A program made the translations under genes and the position numbers. A DNA stretch of 41,708 bases. Source: Geosiphon pyriformis uo1 (taxonomy: Eukaryota > Fungi > Glomeromycota). The stretch is from assembly GCA_016748015.1 (NCBI GenBank), contig JAAOMT010000436.1, positions 9,667-51,374 on the forward strand. Direction: 5' to 3'. Shown here one piece after another: positions 23,069-36,207 of this stretch. The notes under the pieces were generated by a model. That model saw nothing but the letters and a program-made list of their open reading frames with translations, was not told the DNA's origin and searched no databases. How positions within the stretch are numbered: position 1 is the stretch's first letter; each line of letters starts with the position of its first letter.

Positions 23069-25235
23069 TTCTTTCTTTCTATGTTTTAAATTTCCTAAAG
23101 AGCATAATTTTGTAAAAAAAGTTTTTTGTTTTTTTTGTTATTTATTTATTAATATTTTTTAATTTAATAATTTCTTTATTATAAACTTAAAAACTGCTTT
23201 AAGCAATAGTATATTTAAAAAGAAAATGTCCAAAAGGGCTTTTTATGATCTAGTTAGTGACTTTTTTCCTAGAAAAAAAGAGTTATTTTTGGTAATATTA
23301 AACATTTAGATGATAAAAAAGATATATTATTGGTCAAATAGATTTTAATAGTATATATTCAGATTTGAACAGTGAGTTTAGTAATAATAAAGATAATTTT
23401 ATTATAAAAAATGTTAATTGTGAATCTTTTTTAGGTTTAACAGCAACTATTCTCAAAGCCAATAGAATAAGTACTAACATAATTTATGGTATTTTTTTGG
23501 TTTTTTTAACTTTAACATGGAAAAAGAGATTAAATTTCTTTCATCTTTTTTCAATATATCTTTAAACAAGAAATAAATTAATTCTAAAATTGTTAAAACT
23601 TAAGTAGAAGTGATTATTAAAAAATTTTTTGTCTTATATATTAATTTATTAATAGTAAAAAACAAATTAACAATGGCCAAAACTTAAAAAATTTGAAAAA
23701 TTTTTTCAATAATTAATGGTTTTAGGAGAATTAGTACTCTTTCAAAATTTGAAAAAATAATTAAATATATATTTACATCAAAAAAAAGCATGAAAAAAGT
23801 CATATTATTGATTAAAAAAAAAATCATTATAAACAGTAATATTAAAAAACAAAAAATTAAATCAGATTAAGCTATGATAATTAAAATATTTTTATAGATA
23901 TGTTAAAAGAAATAATCATTACTGTAGTATCTAAGTTTATTCAAATTAAGTTAATTCAATTATAATTAATTGGACTATAACAAAAGGCTGTAATAGAGTT
24001 TACCAAATTAGTTTAAGCAAATTAGTTAGCAGTAAAGTAGTCATTTTTAATTAAAAAAGATTTAATACATATAGTAAAGACCAAAAATTGTAATGTTTGA
24101 ATATTTAAGAACTGGTTTAAGATGTTTTTGTTTACTTTGTTTGTAAAAACAACTGTTTATAATCTTGGTGCTTTATTAAAAAAAACTTATAGAAAAACTT
24201 ACATTATAAATTAATTATTTGATTTTAGCAATAGAATTTGTTATACTGTGATTAGTTTTGAATTAAATAAAAAACTAAAGTTTGTTTTTTATACAGTCAA
24301 TTTTTGGTAGTGTAAAACTTTTTTAGATTAGAATAGTTTTGGTTTAATATAAAAAGTGTAAGCAATTTAAACATTTAACTTAAAGTGTAATATATTAGAT
24401 ATTTTTATCTTGTTTTCTTTAAAAACATATAAAAGAGTTGCTCAAATAAAAATTGTTTTCAATTGACCAGATTATATGTTAAAAAAATGTTTTTGTTTTT
24501 TGTTTTGCTACTTTTAGTAACAAATTATAAATACAAGTGGTTTTATTTACTACTTTTACTAATAATACTTGTTTTAGTTCTAGTTTTAGATTTCTTCTTT
24601 CTAATACTTTTCATAATAAATGAAATTTATTGGTTGGTTAAAACAATTTTTTTATTGTAACTCATTTAGCTTTTTTGGAATGTTTTTTAGAGCTTTTGGC
24701 TGATTAGATGTTAAAATTATGAAAAAATTAAGTGTTATAAATCTGGTGTCTTTAGTATTTGTTTCTTAATTTTTTTTTTAATTGTTTCTGTATTATTGAA
24801 TTTGAATTTGAATTTGAATATAGTTTTAAAAGATCTATTAGTGTTACTTATTTTTTTTTTTAGTTATAAAAAATAAGATTTTAGATTTAAGTTTAAATAA
24901 CTCAAAGATTCTGATTACTAAAATAAATAGTTTGAAATCAAAAAAAATAACTCTTAAGATTTTGGTTAATTCAGTTTTAGTAAGATTGAATTAATTATGC
25001 TTTGGCTTGGAATTTCTAATGTTTTTTTATTTTAATAACTGATTTAATATGAAAGTTTGCTATATGTAATATTTGAGGTATTAATGTGTTTGTAAAACAA
25101 AAAAATATTGTTTGTTGGCATACAAATCTGAATAATATAGTTTCTATTATTACAGAAACAAAATTAAAATTTAGTATTAGATTATAAATTGTAGATAAGT
25201 TTGATAGAGTACAGATTTTTATATTTGGTTTTATT
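23069..25235 (+). mobile_element. Highly decayed LINE: 5' UTR, ORF1 and start of ORF2 APE, 3'-truncated
   Basis: 5' motif CTAAAGAGCA..TTTT; colinear with 3319-5540; FAICNI*GIN and ITETKL at ~25055-25170. Confidence 0.85.
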
Positions 25236-25259
25236 AAAACAAACTTTAGAAAATTTTTA

Positions 25260-25330
25260 AATTCCAATATATTGGTTTTTAAACTACTAATTTTGGCAAT
25301 AAAAATTTTAAAACTATTTATATTTAAAAA
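25260..25330 (-). pseudogene. Tiny LINE ORF1 C-terminal remnant
   Basis: Minus strand NSFKIFIAKISSLKTN resembles SSKVLTSKVGILESK. Confidence 0.4.
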
Positions 25331-25390
25331 TAAAAATAATAAAAATACTTATAATTATATTTAAACTAATAATTACAGTAAAAGCTTTAA

Positions 25391-28300
25391 TTTTTTTTAT
25401 TTTATTTATTAATATTAATAAATACAGTTCAACTACTATCTAGTATACTGAAACAAATAAGTAAATCAAATTAAATATGATTTATGCATTTTTTATATGT
25501 GATTAGCCACTCAAACCAATCAAGACAGCACTACACATCTATAAAAACTTTTGTATTATTGTCCAAACCAGAAAAAAACAAACATGGCTTATGCAAACCA
25601 AAATTGACAGCAAAGAACTCAATAATACCAAGCAAATAAATTACCTCTTTAGATATTAAACTGGACAAACCACATGACAAACTAAATATTATTTTTGTAT
25701 TACAAACTATACTATTCTTTTTTATGTTTGTCTTAAACTTAGATCTTAACAATTATAATTTACTATAATACTTATCTACTAAATAGTAAATAAAGTCAAT
25801 TACCACCAAAACAGCTCTTTTTTTATTCTTAAAAATAGATACTGTCTCCTTTACTTATTTTTTAAAAACAAAATTCTTGCATAAAACTGTATAAATACTA
25901 ACATATAAAGTATCTAAAGAGAGAGTTTACAATACTGAGAATGATAATAAAGAGCATTTCCCTACCAAAAACTTCCACAAATTAACATGACCAGAAATAA
26001 TATTAAAGCACACAAAGACATTCTTTGAATAAGTAAAAGTATGATCAAACAACTCAACATTATTACATATCAAACACAAAATCTCAAATAATCTTTGTTA
26101 TATAGTCTTTTGCAAACAGCAACTAGCAATCTTTTGTGGATGGTTTTCATTATATATGTGTGCAAAACAACTGACTTTTTACTAATAAACCCAACCAACA
26201 GTGAGAGTTTGAATGCCAAACTAAAGCAATACAATTCTAATCCACACACTGAATGAATAATCTGTTCAAAACATCTATATCAGGACTTACTTTTCACAGA
26301 ACTTGACAAACAGTTTAGTAAACATTATAAACAAAATGATAAGCATTGTCTAAAATTATCTAATCATCTGCCACAAAAATTTTTTTATGAATTTTAATAG
26401 ATAGAGCCAAATATAACTATATTGCCATATAGGCAAAAACATTGGTCTAATTATTACCAAAGTTTTTTGAATGGTTTTTTATCTTTATCTATCTTATAGA
26501 AATGTTTTTTAACTTTATTAAATTAGCTACATAATGTCTCTCTACCCAATACTTGTTTTAAAAGTCAGGCCAATATAAATTGCATTCTAACAAACATGCA
26601 TTCAAAACTGCTTGGCTATTCATATGTAAAACCATTGAACAAAATAAAAAAATACATTCTAAGACCAAGGCAATTACTTGCAATTCCAATAATATTGAAG
26701 ACAACAAATTATTCACTCTAATACCCATATCCAATCTAATATTAGAGAAGTAAGCTGCTGCTTTATTAGCAACTTTTGACATTTTTAGATCTTTTAATAA
26801 ACTATCAGTATAAACATTAATTGTTTTAACTCACATCTTATGCAATTACTGATGTATTTCTAAGAACTCATCTAAGCAAAAAAGTCTGAACAGCCAAGTC
26901 ATTGACACTTTTATTATATTCTACAGAAAAATTGTTTATATATACCAAAGTTTTTTCAAACCATAAAGGTACTGGACTTTTCATACTTAATCTTTTTTAA
27001 TACTGAAAAATTTTCTAATTTATGATTAAACTATGCTTGTTTAGCAAAATATTACTAAAAACAAAACCAAAATGTTTTAAAAAATACATCATATTAAAAT
27101 AATAAGCATTCCCCAAAATTCTGAACATTAGAAAATGATCAAATCTATAAAATACATTAGGTAAATTATTGACCAAAAAAGTCTCAATGTTCAAAAAAAT
27201 TTTTATGCTACCAGCCAAAAAGTTATTCTTTGAATTAACTTTCAACTTAACAAGAAACTGCAAAAGATTCAAAAGTACTTATTCAAAACTTGCAAATCTA
27301 AAGTGTAGTACTTAAACAATTGGCCAAAAATTTTAACAACATTAGAAAACTTAACTACTGAAGCAATTTTGACTTCAACCTAAATCTGCTTAAAAGACTT
27401 TAAATTATACAAAGATAAATGGTACAAAGTCTTATTAAAAAAGTTTTTTGGCAAGTTGGCTTTGGATCTAAGTTTTTTTTTTATTATAAAATCTTATTTG
27501 TAACATATACTTTTTGACACAAAACTAAACTACATTTAATAACCAACTATAGACTACAAAACTGCTAAAACTAAATAAGAGAACTGTTTATCCAATACTG
27601 TTTTTCTAAAGACCAAATTCAAAAAAAACTTGACATCTAAATGTGTCTTAGCAAGATTTGGCTTGAACAATCCTTTTATTGACAAGAAAATACCTAAATA
27701 TCTGTGAAATACACTATGCTTGACTATAAAAATTAGCTGACCACTAATATACAAAGAAGTTTCAGATATTCTTTGGTTAATAAGAATTACTATTGTTTTG
27801 TTGTTATTGATAAAAATGTCATTAATACTAAAAAATTTATTTACAATATTGAACATATATTGTGTTAAAGTCTGCTTATTTTTCACCCATATTGTATCAT
27901 CAACAAAAGCATCCATTACAAAGAATGAAAACCTGCTTCTACTAATCTCTACCTAATCTGTTTTTGCCACAAAATTAAAGTTAATTCTATATTCACACAA
28001 ATGTTTATGTTTCTTGACCTTACACAACAAAAGATCATAAAAAATCTTCTAAAGAAATAGTAAAAAAATTTCACCTTAATCTAGTCTATTATATATCTTA
28101 TAATTATTCAAAAGACCAAAGTTAGTTATCACTTTGTTAACTCTGTTCTTATAAATATTTCTAAAAAACCTGATAAACCTGTCATATATTTTGATACATT
28201 TTAAACTTGATTTCAAAAAATGCCAACCAACTAAATCATAAGCTTTGCACATATTTTATAGAACCAACCAGATTTTTCATTTTTTTTCTAGAGTATTTTC

Positions 28301-29863
28301 TATTATTAAGCCAATAATAAACAAAGAGACTAAGTTGAAATATTTTTTAGGACTGAAAAATTATCTCCACAAAGAACATTGAGTTTGCTACAAACAGATA
28401 AAATCCAATTTAATAGAATTTTAAACAAATTTTTCTTGTAGTTTCAATTAAAATAATAAGATAAGTGTTGATTAAAATGTTATTTTATTTATAAAACTTG
28501 AAAATTATCAAGACTTAAGCCCTCTCTTATAGATCTAATACATTATCAAGCTTTAGACACAAATTCAACAAAACCAAGAAATATTTTATCAATTTGTTAC
28601 TATAGTGCTTTTATAGCTTATTTAATATATCAAAGAAACCAACAGTCTTGCCATCAAGCAATCTATTTATTACCAAAACCAATTTCTTCAAGCTAATGTT
28701 ATTCATAATACCAGAAAATATATTGTCTTTCATGTGCTCCAAAAGTGCATATTAATGAATCCACAAATTAGGCAGAACCAAAAGAATCATGTATTTTTTT
28801 GTCCAATTTATCATAATATTGTTAATCTCAGACTTTACTTTCTCTAGTTCCAAAATCAATTCTTTTTTAATTACCAAATGATTCAAAACAACTTTGCAGA
28901 AAAGTCACTTCAGAACACTTTTTATTACACTCTCTTATTTGAACTGAAATTTTTCATACACTTTTTGATTGCTCTCTTAATGGCTGTATCTTTAGCAACT
29001 TCTGATTTATAGTACTTGGACTTCTTATATCTTTTTTTAATTAATAATAATTGTTTAATAGTTTCTATTAAAGATATATCATTTTGAATTATAAAATCAA
29101 TCATAAAAGTTTTTTTGCTGTTAATTGTCTATCATTTTTTAAAGAAGTGTATATACCTAAATTTGTTGTCTACTTTTAATTCCCTTACAACCTTGGCCAC
29201 TAGTAATTCTAGCCCAAAAAACTTTAATAATTGCTTATTTTTAAACAGTCAAACTTACTGAACTAATGTTTAGTGAAAATAACATTAGCTAAACTTATCA
29301 TTATCTTTTTTATCTTATCCTACATAGCATTCAAATTGCCAAGAGCTTTTGCATTCAAAAATTTACTTATTATCATTAAAAGTTTGGTTGAAATGCACTC
29401 CTTAAAATGGGTCTATTTGGTACTATTTGCATCTTTAATATTGAACTTCTAGCAATTTTTGTTTGTCTGTTTACAAATGCTATTTAGATTTGTGTTCAAA
29501 AAACTTTTTAATCTAATTAAAACCAAAACTATCTTATAATTCATGTTAAAAAATTCAGACACAGAGCCAACTTTATGCACTAAAACTATTGATAACAAAT
29601 TTTTACTAATAAAAATATAGTTAATAATCTTTTCAGCCTTTTTAAAGTTATTTCAAGTAGGAATTTTAGCTAAAAAGTGTTTTCTAAGTAAATTAATCAA
29701 ACCCAAATCTGAATATTTTTTGAAGCTTACATTTTTTCTAGAACTATCTTTATTGAAGTTACCACCCAGAACCACAAAAGAGCTAGAATTGACTATCTTA
29801 AAGATCATGGAGTTGATACTTAAAGCTTGGCCAAACTATATACCAATAAATATACCAATATAT
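25391..29863 (-). mobile_element. Decayed LINE ORF2 (mid-APE to 3' UTR and A-tail)
   Basis: VVLGGNFN, KAYDLVGW, AFVDDTIW, YTDS, ELQVIAL, CLFFSGLD; 3' UTR homolog at ~25415-25530; cut by the Gypsy B LTR at 29864. Confidence 0.9.
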
Positions 29864-30503
29864 TGTTATGATTGAAACTTATACTTCTTATTAATTATCA
29901 CATGTATTAGCCACTGATGTCATATAAATTAGCCATTCTATTTTTAGAAAATAATTATTGACCTGATCATTGACCACTTTTGATAGCTATATAAGTAATA
30001 AATTTCTTAGCTATAGAAAAGCATGTTCAAAATAATCAAGAATAAATAAAATAACAACTTTTATCTTAATTATTCTCTTATCACTAATTTTTCTTTTTCT
30101 ACTTTCAAGTATCCAAACATCTTGAGATAAAAGATTACTTGTTGGTATTTTCCTACCTTTTTCCTGAAATGTATAAATGTAGTATTTGAAGATTATTGAA
30201 TAAAATGTGACTGAAAAATACATCTGATACTTGATATTAAATTCTAAGAACACTGATGTAAAACATAGAATTATACCAAGTATGATCATTTGTTGATAGT
30301 ACAGACTATCTCTTTACTTTCAGATTCTCTGGTTACTTTTTGAAAAGAATAGCAACTGAGATATTTTATGAGACTGATCTTGCACATTGAATCCATACTC
30401 ATTCAATTCACTCTTTGAAGTTAAATTTCCTTTAATTATTTTTATTACCCTACAATTCTGTTCTTCCTTGCTATCTGTTAACTTGTTACTCCAACTTGTA
30501 ACA
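29864..30503 (+). repeat. 5' LTR of Gypsy B (640 bp)
   Basis: TGTTATGATTGAAAC...CTTGTAACA; colinear with 37714-38379. Confidence 0.95.
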
Positions 30504-30509
30504 TAAAAG

Positions 30510-30526
30510 TGGTGCTCCCTGTAAAG
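30510..30526 (+). promoter_or_regulatory. Primer-binding site of Gypsy B (TGGTGCTCCCTGT)
   Basis: TGG motif 6 nt after the 5' LTR; complementary to a tRNA ending ...GGAGCACCA. Confidence 0.8.
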
Positions 30527-30555
30527 TTGTCAAAATCCACTTTGTTTCTTATTGT

Positions 30556-31950
30556 ATGGGTAATTATTCATACCTGTCACAACAATCAAAAGAACACTTT
30601 GCAGCACATAACAGAAATGACCTAAATTTCATTGAACTTAATTTTTTGCCCTTCTGCTTGATTTGCTTTCCCATTAAAGAACAATCCAGTAGACAATTCC
30701 AAGACTTTTGGAACTGGTTTTTGAATGAGCATTTAGCTAAAACCTACACAGCCTATACAACTTACTACTTTGACTAAGCTTATCTTAAAAACAACTTTGA
30801 AGAAAAAAACAACAGCATCAATTAGCTTTTATACTCAACAACCTTTGAACAACAACCCTCTGATTTCGAATATTTGAATCATCAAATCTACCTTTGAATT
30901 GTTGCTTATCAATTAGTTGAGACTTCACTTGAAACAAAAGAAGAAAGCTATCAAACTGCTCCCGTTTTTGATTTTTTTCAAGTGAATCAGAACACTCCAC
31001 ACAAACAATTACACCTGAATCAATGGCTTAAGACTCTTTGCAACAAAACATTCTGATCACCCTTCAAGGTATACAGAATGCTTTAAAGCGAAAAAACAAC
31101 ACCTCATTACTATTATTCAAAAGTAATGCCCAAGATCCAATTGAATGGCTGGATGATTTTAAGAGAGCTGTCACAGCAAACCAATATGATAATGAATACA
31201 AGTTCCAAATTGTTGGTGGCTATCTCCAAAACTTTTCTGCTACTTGGTTCTCACAAAAAACCAATGCCAATGCTCAGCAAAGAATCATTAAATGGGCACC
31301 AGCAAATGCTGGAGAAGATAACATCTCTTTTACTACCCAGTTTAAAACAAAATTTAGAACTTCTATCTTAATATCCAAATGGCACATGGAGTTAGAAAAA
31401 AGAATCCAAGACACAGGAGAAATAGTAACTAAATATGTTAAAGTTATTAAAAAACTAATTAAGCATGTAGACTCTAGTAGAAATTAGACAGAAGAGCAAA
31501 AGATTTATTCTTTTACAAAAGGATTGAGAACTGATCTTTCATATGCTTTTTGGCCTCTTCTGGTCCTAAAAAATAATTCCACAATAGATATGGTCATTGA
31601 ACTTGTCCAGAAAATAGAAGACAACCAAAGAATGAACCTAGGATCTACTCTTTTAGTTTTTGCTCTTGCTCCTGCCATGGTTCCAGCTCCACAAATGACT
31701 GTCACTTTTTTTACTGCCCAAACTCCAGATTCCAATAAACAATTGATAGATAGACTCACAACCAATCTTGCTTGTTTATTAGAACTCTTAGCTCAAGCAG
31801 TTAGAAAAAATTAACAATTCCAAAGACCCAGATTTGAACCCTATTTTAATTAACCCCAGCAACCCTCTTATTAAAGACAACAAAATTATGGCCCATCTGT
31901 GTGTTATCATTGTGGATTAACTGGACATTTTTCCAGAGATTACAACAATC
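30556..31950 (+). pseudogene. Gypsy B gag
   Basis: QDPIEWLDDFKRAVTANQY, FTKGLRTDL; knuckle CYHCGLTGHFSRD(Y) at 31902-31943. Confidence 0.85.
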
Positions 31951-32549
31951 TTTCTCTGCTTCTTCCAGCTCTCAGAAACAATAACAATTAAAATAATAAA
32001 ATCATCAACAACAATATCCCCAATCAAAGACCCAATTATGCCAACATTAATTTCTTTGGAAAAGATTTTTTAGTTAAAGCTACTGTTTATCAGCTTTTAA
32101 ACTAGTAGACACACCTCCAAAGAGTAAGAGTATAAGCCAACCAGAAAAAAACCTTTTTTATGCTTTTAATCTAACTGATAATGACCATGATATAAATGAA
32201 CTAACAATCAACCCCTCTGAATCAACCAAAAAGAAGAAGAAAGCCAAGGTTGATTTCGTTCTGGACCCAAACAAGGCATCCAAATCAACTATTGATAACA
32301 ATGAACTACCAAAGGCTAAAGTTTTTAAGAATCCTCTAAAATTGAAATCCCCAGAAATTGTACAAAAATCTGGACCCTATTTTGTTATAAAAGATTTTAT
32401 AGAAACCCCAGCACATATTACTTTTGGCCAGTTAATGACCCATTCACAGTTCAGAAAAAACCTTTGCAAATTATTGATGCCAAAAAAAAAGACATCAAAA
32501 ACCAACAAATGTCCTCGTTAAGCAGAACTTGTTAACAACAGCAATATCA

Positions 32550-32920
32550 CCTCTCTGATCTGTAAAGTTCAAGTGGCTGGTTATTTTATTGATCTGATCC
32601 TAAACAGTGGATTATCTGTTAGTATAATTGTTAAACACTTTTTTGAAGCAATTGGTAGAAAGATTGATAAGCCTTCTATTCAATCAATGACCAATGTACA
32701 TGATGACAAGAAAAAAGGCCTGGGCATAGCCAAAGCTATTCCTGTTTGCATCAATAATATTAGCATTGAAACTGATATAGAAGTATCTGAAGCAAAAGAG
32801 TACACCATAATTGTTGGCAATGAGTGGCTTAAGAAAGCTAAAGCACTACTTGATTATGAACTTTGTGAGCTAACCATCAGATGTAATGAGAAATCCATTG
32901 TGGTTAAATGTTATCATTGA
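32550..32920 (+). pseudogene. Gypsy B aspartic protease
   Basis: IDLILNSGLSVSII (D>N by G>A) and IIVGNEWL. Confidence 0.85.
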
Positions 32921-33469
32921 ACAACTCCTCTAGTAACCAAACAGAACCAAAAAGAAGAACAATCAGATAAATCAGATAATAATGAAAGTAATGATAAAGA
33001 AGATTAAGAAAAACAAGAAGAAATTACTGAACTCACCTATAGCATCTTCATCAACAATAACAAGCTACTGGACAATGTTAAAGCTAACAAAGAAAGAATT
33101 ATGGTAAATGGCAAGCTAATCTGCTGGCCCTACTATAACATCCTTAGAAGAACTTTTGATAAAAAACCTGGCAAGAAAGCCAAATACAGTTATTGGTAAC
33201 ATGGTCTTTGTGCCAGGTATTAGTGCAATAAACCTTTGTATTCTCCTAGTAATGAATGCAAGTCTTGTCTAATCTATTATAAAGATTGGGAACCAATTAG
33301 CTTAATATCTTGAGAAAAACTTAAAAAAGTACAAAAGTCTTTTGAAAATGAATTATCTGAAATCCAATCACTAGTTATAGAACAAAAAAAACCTTCCCCT
33401 AAAGAAAGAAAAGTAAACATTGAAAATCTGTTGGCTAAGAATAGTCCAGTTATCTCAAAAAAAGATGAC

Positions 33470-34789
33470 ACCCCTGAACAAACCCATGTAATACAACACA
33501 TTATTATCACAAAAAAAATTTGTCATATTTATTTGAAGCCTTACCAATCCAATCGACACAATAATAAGTTTATTAAGAAAGAGATAAACAAGATAAAAGA
33601 TCTTGAATTCATACAAAAAACCAAGAGTGAATGGGCTTTTTCAGTTGTAGTGGTATCCAAAAAAGATGGAACTTTACACTTCTGTATTGACTACTATCAA
33701 CTAAATGCCATCACTATAAGAGACATGTACTTACTTTTCAAAATTGATACAATGCTAAATAAATTCAATGGTGCTGCTTTCTTCTCAATTATTGACTTAA
33801 CTGCTGGATTTTGACAAGTAGAGATGGATCCAGAAAGCAGAAAGAAAACTGTCTTTATTACCAAGTATGGCACTTATAAATTTATAGTCATGCTTTTTGG
33901 TCTTATTAATGCTTTTCCCACCTTTCAATACTTAATAGATAAAGTGTTTGAATCAGTAAAAAAAAATCTTGTTCTGGTTTACTTGGACAACATAATGGTA
34001 TATTCAAAAATCTGGAATAAATACATTGAATATTTACAGAAGGTTTTTGACCTGCTCAGAAATGCTGGCCTCAAGATCAACCCAATCAAATCTTTTTTTG
34101 GATGCCAATCCACCTAGTTTTTTGGTTATCTTATTACAAAAGATGAAATCTTTTCTGACTCAGCTAAAGTTGAAAAAGTTCAAAACATTAAACAACCAAT
34201 GAATGTTCCTAAACTATGCTTTTTTCTTGATTTGGCCTCTTATTATTGCAAATTTATCAAGAATTTCTCCAAAATTGCCTTTTCTCTTAATCAGTTACTT
34301 AGAAAAAATGTCAGTTATTACTGGGGCATTCATCAACAAAAAGCTTTTAAAATTCTGAAGGAAAAACTTGTTACTGAACCAATTCTCTAGCAATTTAATC
34401 TGGACCAATCTTTTATCCTCCATACTAATACATCTGGCTATAGACTTGGTGCTGTTTTTTCACAGAAAAATGAAAATAGTAAAGAACATGCCATAGTATA
34501 TGCCAGTAGATCTCTCACACCAGCAAAAAAGAACTACTCAGTAACTGAACAAAAATGTTTAGCAGTAGTTTGAGCTACTAGCTAATGGGATCAATATCTT
34601 CTTGGTACAAAATTTTTAGTGATAACAGATTATCAAGCCTTGGTTTGACTGTGCAATAAAAAAAAGCTAGAACACAAACAAATAACTTGCTAGATACTCC
34701 ACTTGAATGAATTCGACTATGATATTAAACACTGCAAAGGAGCAAATCATCAAAATGCTGATGCTTTCTCTAGATTTATTATTCAGTGA
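33470..34789 (+). pseudogene. Gypsy B reverse transcriptase and RNase H
   Basis: SEWAFSVVVV.KKDG, FCIDY, IDLTAGF*Q, FGLINA, VYLDN; RNase H TNTSG, TEQKCLA, TDYQAL, NADAFSR. Confidence 0.92.
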
Positions 34790-34847
34790 TAGTACAATTT
34801 CTCAAACCAAACCAACTTAATTATTAGTAACTCTTTTACAAACAAAC

Positions 34848-36105
34848 ATGATAATGGACTTGAACAACTACTCTGCCTTAATAAAATTTTTGGGTAAAGA
34901 ACAATACTCACCAGAATACACTCAACAGCAAAGAGAACATTTGTGCAAACAATTAAATTTTTATTTGATCCACCAGAACCAATTATACAAAAGAAACAAA
35001 AAAAATTCTGACTGCTCCCAAAGAGTCATTAGATTTGAAAAAAGAGAAATTGTAATATACAACATGCACATTGACTCATTAGTTAGACACTTTGGAAAAA
35101 CAAAGACAATTTAAAAAACTTTAGCTTACTATTATTGGCCTATTTTGGAAAAAGACATTGCTAAATACATCAAAATCTGTGACATCTGCCAAAGAAGAGG
35201 CAAACCCAATCACAAAAAAGATATCCATCTAATCTTTGTTGGTCAACCATTTAACAGAATTGGTATAGATGTTGTTGGATCTTTAACAATAATTCTTAAT
35301 AATAACAGATACATTATTACAGCTACTGACTATTTTACAAAGTGGGTAGAAGCAAGAGCCACTTTAGACCAAACAACAGTCTCAATAGCCAATTTTATTT
35401 ATGAAGATATTATTTGCCATTATGGCTGCCCCAAAGAACTTTTATCTGATAAAAGAAGAGCTTTTTTCAATACACTGGTTGAAAAACTTTGTTGAAAAAT
35501 GGGAATACATCATAAACTTTCCTCCCCTTATCATCTCCAAACAAATGACCTAGTGGAATTTTTTAATAGAACACTATGTGAAACCCTAGCCAAAACCAGT
35601 AAGAAAACAAACTTATGAGACAAAGCACTGTCTTCAGCTTTGTTTACTTATAAAACTGTGAATTATGACATAACAAATTATAAATCTTTTTATTTGCTTT
35701 ATGGATGTATGGCAACACTACCAATAGAAACTGACATTGAAACAATACTCTTTAAAAAGATTACAATAGAAAATTACAAAGACATTTTGCAAAGAAAACT
35801 TGGTACTATTCTTGACTTCTTAGTAGAAACACAAATAATTGCTTTTGAAAAGATAAAACAGTTTCAAGAAAAGCTTAAGAAAAAAAAACCTATAAAACAC
35901 TTTTTTTAAGTATTGGTAACTTGGTACTAGAATACTGTTCTAACAGAGACAATATTTATAGTAATAAATTCTCTAACCGATGAAAAAGACTCTTTTTAGT
36001 CAACAAAGTTTTGAACAACAGTTCTTATATTATTCAAGATTAATCTGGAACAATCTTCAATAATTGTCCTGTTCATAATACATGACTCAAGAAATATTAT
36101 AAATG
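34848..36105 (+). pseudogene. Gypsy B integrase
   Basis: H..LVRHFG...CDICQRRG, IGIDVVG, TDYFTKW, LSD, LVEFFNR; decayed GPF/Y module near 35980-36100. Confidence 0.9.
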
Positions 36106-36207
36106 ACCTGATTGATTGTCTGTTGTAGTAATATTGACTTAAATGATCTGCAAAATTCAAGTATAAATAAATACACTATTCTCAAAACAGAGATATCTTC
36201 AATTAAT

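Noticed and set aside
23069-29863. Twin-priming inversion of one LINE (plus 5' part and minus 3' part are nearly complementary)
   Set aside because: The geometry is wrong (the inverted 5' piece lies beyond the poly(A) end), an unrelated ORF1 remnant intervenes, and there is no convincing shared TSD.
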